Notes under the pieces: generated by a model
Told to the model about the DNA's origin: nothing
What the model saw: only the letters and a program-made list of their open reading frames with translations
Database searches by the model: none
Origin: Pseudomonadota bacterium
GTDB taxonomy: Bacteria > Pseudomonadota > Gammaproteobacteria > GRL18
Assembly: GCA_015222495.1 (NCBI GenBank)
Contig: JADFVK010000104.1
Location: forward strand, 1-46,928
Direction: 5' to 3'
DNA: 46,928 nt
Part shown: positions 45,049 through 46,928 of the stretch, piece after piece
How positions within the stretch are numbered: position 1 is the first letter of the stretch
Layout of the letters: each line of letters opens with the position of its first letter
Translations under genes and position numbers: made by a program

Positions 45049-46581
45049 TTAGTCACGAGTATGCAACTGAATATTAATCAGTCTAATCGTTGCGCTGATA
45101 GCTGCAAAAACCTGATTAACATGTACTCCACGGGTTGTAATGGGTTTATCTCCCGTATTCCAGTTAATGATACATTCGGTTAAGGCATTGGCGTGTCCAC
45201 CTTTAGGGATGCGCACTTCAAAATCAATCAAACTGGGCAATTGATAATTATATGCTTGGACAGCCTTTGATATAGCATCAATAAAAGCATCAAAACCGCC
45301 ATTGCCCGAACCTGCTGCACGATGTTTTTTGCCTTCAATTTCAACCAGAATACTCACCGTTGAATCAAGATTTAAACTGCTGTTTATTGCACAATCCAGT
45401 AATTTAATATGCTCATAGTTATTGCTCTCCATTACATCTGAAATAATAAAGGGTAAATCATGTAAGGTAATCTGTTGCTTAGAATGACCTAACTTTCGAA
45501 CTCTCGCCAATACTTTGGCCTGATTTTCATCCGATAAAGACAGGCCCAGTTCTTCTAGATTTTTGGATAGTGAGGCTTTACCACTCATTTTTCCCAGTGC
45601 ATAGCTGCGTTTTCGGGCAAAACGTTCCGGACTAAGACGGGTTTTATACAATCCTGCTTTTTGATCGCCATCAGCATGGATTCCAGCTGTTTGTGTAAAA
45701 ACATCTGCGCCAACAATGGGCGCATTCGCTGAAACCCATTTACCGGAAAAATTTTCTACCATATTGCTGACTCGGACAATATTGGTTTCATCAATCGAAG
45801 TATGCATATTCATTTTGTCGCGCAATACCACTTCTACTTCTGCCAGTGAGGCATTACCGGTACGCTCACCTAAACAGTTAATGGTGCAATGAATAGAACT
45901 CACACCAGCTTTAACGGCAGCCATAGCATTGGCAACTGCCAGACCATAATCATTATGCGGATGAAAATCAAACTGTACTTGAGGATAGCGGCTCACCATA
46001 TCTTTAATACTGTCATACACTTCATCTGGTGACATCACCCCCAGCGTATCCGGCAACATAAAATGACTAATACCTGAATCCTGCAGTGCATCCATTAATT
46101 CAAAAACATAATCCGGGCTATCTGCATAACCATTAGACCAATCTTCCAGATAAACATTCACTTTAAGATTATTGGCAAAAGCATAATCCAATGTTTGTTT
46201 GATATCAACAACATGCTCTTCTAATGTTTTACCTAATTGTACATTACAATGTTTGCAGCTACCCTTGGTTAACAAATTAATGACCCGTCCACCAGACTCA
46301 ATGATCCAGTCGACACTGCTCTTATGATCAACAAAGCCTAAAATCTCAATTCGGTCAGCATAACCATGTTCACGCGCCCATTGATTAATTTGTATAAGGC
46401 CTTCTTTTTCACTATTTGAGACGCGAGCAGAAGCTACCTCAATACGATCAACATGTAGGGCACCGACCAGAGCCTTTACAATTTCAACCTTCTCATCAGG
46501 AGTAAAGCTAACTCCCTGAGTTTGTTCTCCATCGCGTAAAGTGGTGTCCATAATCTGAACGTGGCGTGATTTAACTTTCAT
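45049..46581 (-). CDS. cimA: Citramalate synthase (Leptospira/Bacteroidetes-type CimA; IPMS-like family)
   Basis: DTTLRDGEQ, VDRIEVASARVS, YLEDWSNG, HPHNDYG, TQTAGIHADGD; C-terminal regulatory domain. Confidence 0.75.
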   Translation of the reverse strand: MKVKSRHVQIMDTTLRDGEQTQGVSFTPDEKVEIVKALVGALHVDRIEVASARVSNSEKEGLIQINQWAREHGYADRIEILGFVDHKSSVDWIIESGGRVINLLTKGSCKHCNVQLGKTLEEHVVDIKQTLDYAFANNLKVNVYLEDWSNGYADSPDYVFELMDALQDSGISHFMLPDTLGVMSPDEVYDSIKDMVSRYPQVQFDFHPHNDYGLAVANAMAAVKAGVSSIHCTINCLGERTGNASLAEVEVVLRDKMNMHTSIDETNIVRVSNMVENFSGKWVSANAPIVGADVFTQTAGIHADGDQKAGLYKTRLSPERFARKRSYALGKMSGKASLSKNLEELGLSLSDENQAKVLARVRKLGHSKQQITLHDLPFIISDVMESNNYEHIKLLDCAINSSLNLDSTVSILVEIEGKKHRAAGSGNGGFDAFIDAISKAVQAYNYQLPSLIDFEVRIPKGGHANALTECIINWNTGDKPITTRGVHVNQVFAAISATIRLINIQLHTRD

Positions 46582-46613
46582 TTTTAACCTTGCACAATTA
46601 AATAATTATTGAC

Positions 46614-46928
46614 TCAGGCAGTTCGCCAAAGCCATGGTAACTGCTGTTTTTGTCTGCTTTCAAAGGCATCAATTTTATCGCTATATTGCAAAGTGATAGA
46701 AATATCATCCAGACCATTGAGCAGGTTATTTTTACGAAATGGATCAATTTCAAAATGAATTATCGTTCCTGCAGGAGTGCTGACACTTTGGTTTTGCAGA
46801 TCAATGCTAAACTTAACACCTTCATCGTCTATGATCTCATCCATCAGACGCTTTAATTCATCCTCACTAACAACAATAGCCAAAATACCATTTTTAAAAC
46901 AGTTATTGTAGAAAATATCAGCATAGCT
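46614..46928 (-). CDS. leuD: 3-isopropylmalate dehydratase small subunit, C-terminal part (truncated by window edge)
   Basis: Frame from the edge reads SYADIFYNNCFKNGILAI...FEIDPFRK..LLNGLDDI..TL...PWL. Confidence 0.95.
   Translation of the reverse strand, partial: SYADIFYNNCFKNGILAIVVSEDELKRLMDEIIDDEGVKFSIDLQNQSVSTPAGTIIHFEIDPFRKNNLLNGLDDISITLQYSDKIDAFESRQKQQLPWLWRTA

Overview
AT-rich chromosomal window from a flagellated, sulfur-oxidising gammaproteobacterium. Left end: the 5' part of oxidative-type dsrA (minus strand, missed by the ORF track). Divergent from it is an accessory dsr block: small ORF, stand-alone Cas6/Cmx6-like gene with no CRISPR array or other cas genes in the window, cysteine-less DsrC paralogue, small ORF, dsrN, dsrR, a NarX/NarL-like two-component pair, then glgP. 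Middle: an unannotated aprB'-'aprA deletion scar, a K+ channel pair, a co-oriented MFP-RND-ParA-membrane protein-EHD/dynamin-like cluster, proS, a lytic transglycosylase, a sulfur-globule-protein-like gene, and fliA plus fliLMNOPQR-flhB. Right: nudF, mobB, moeA, three unknown genes facing an orphan antitoxin-like gene, exbBD-lpxK-ycaR, an LCIB/theta-carbonic-anhydrase-like gene, sthA, cimA and partial leuD. Two MITE-like elements and several structured intergenic repeats are present. Best candidates for undescribed systems: (1) the dsr-linked solo Cas6 with a long hairpin just upstream, and (2) the RND/ParA/dynamin-like cluster, possibly for sulfur-globule or membrane biogenesis. All family calls come from motif recognition by eye; no searches were run.
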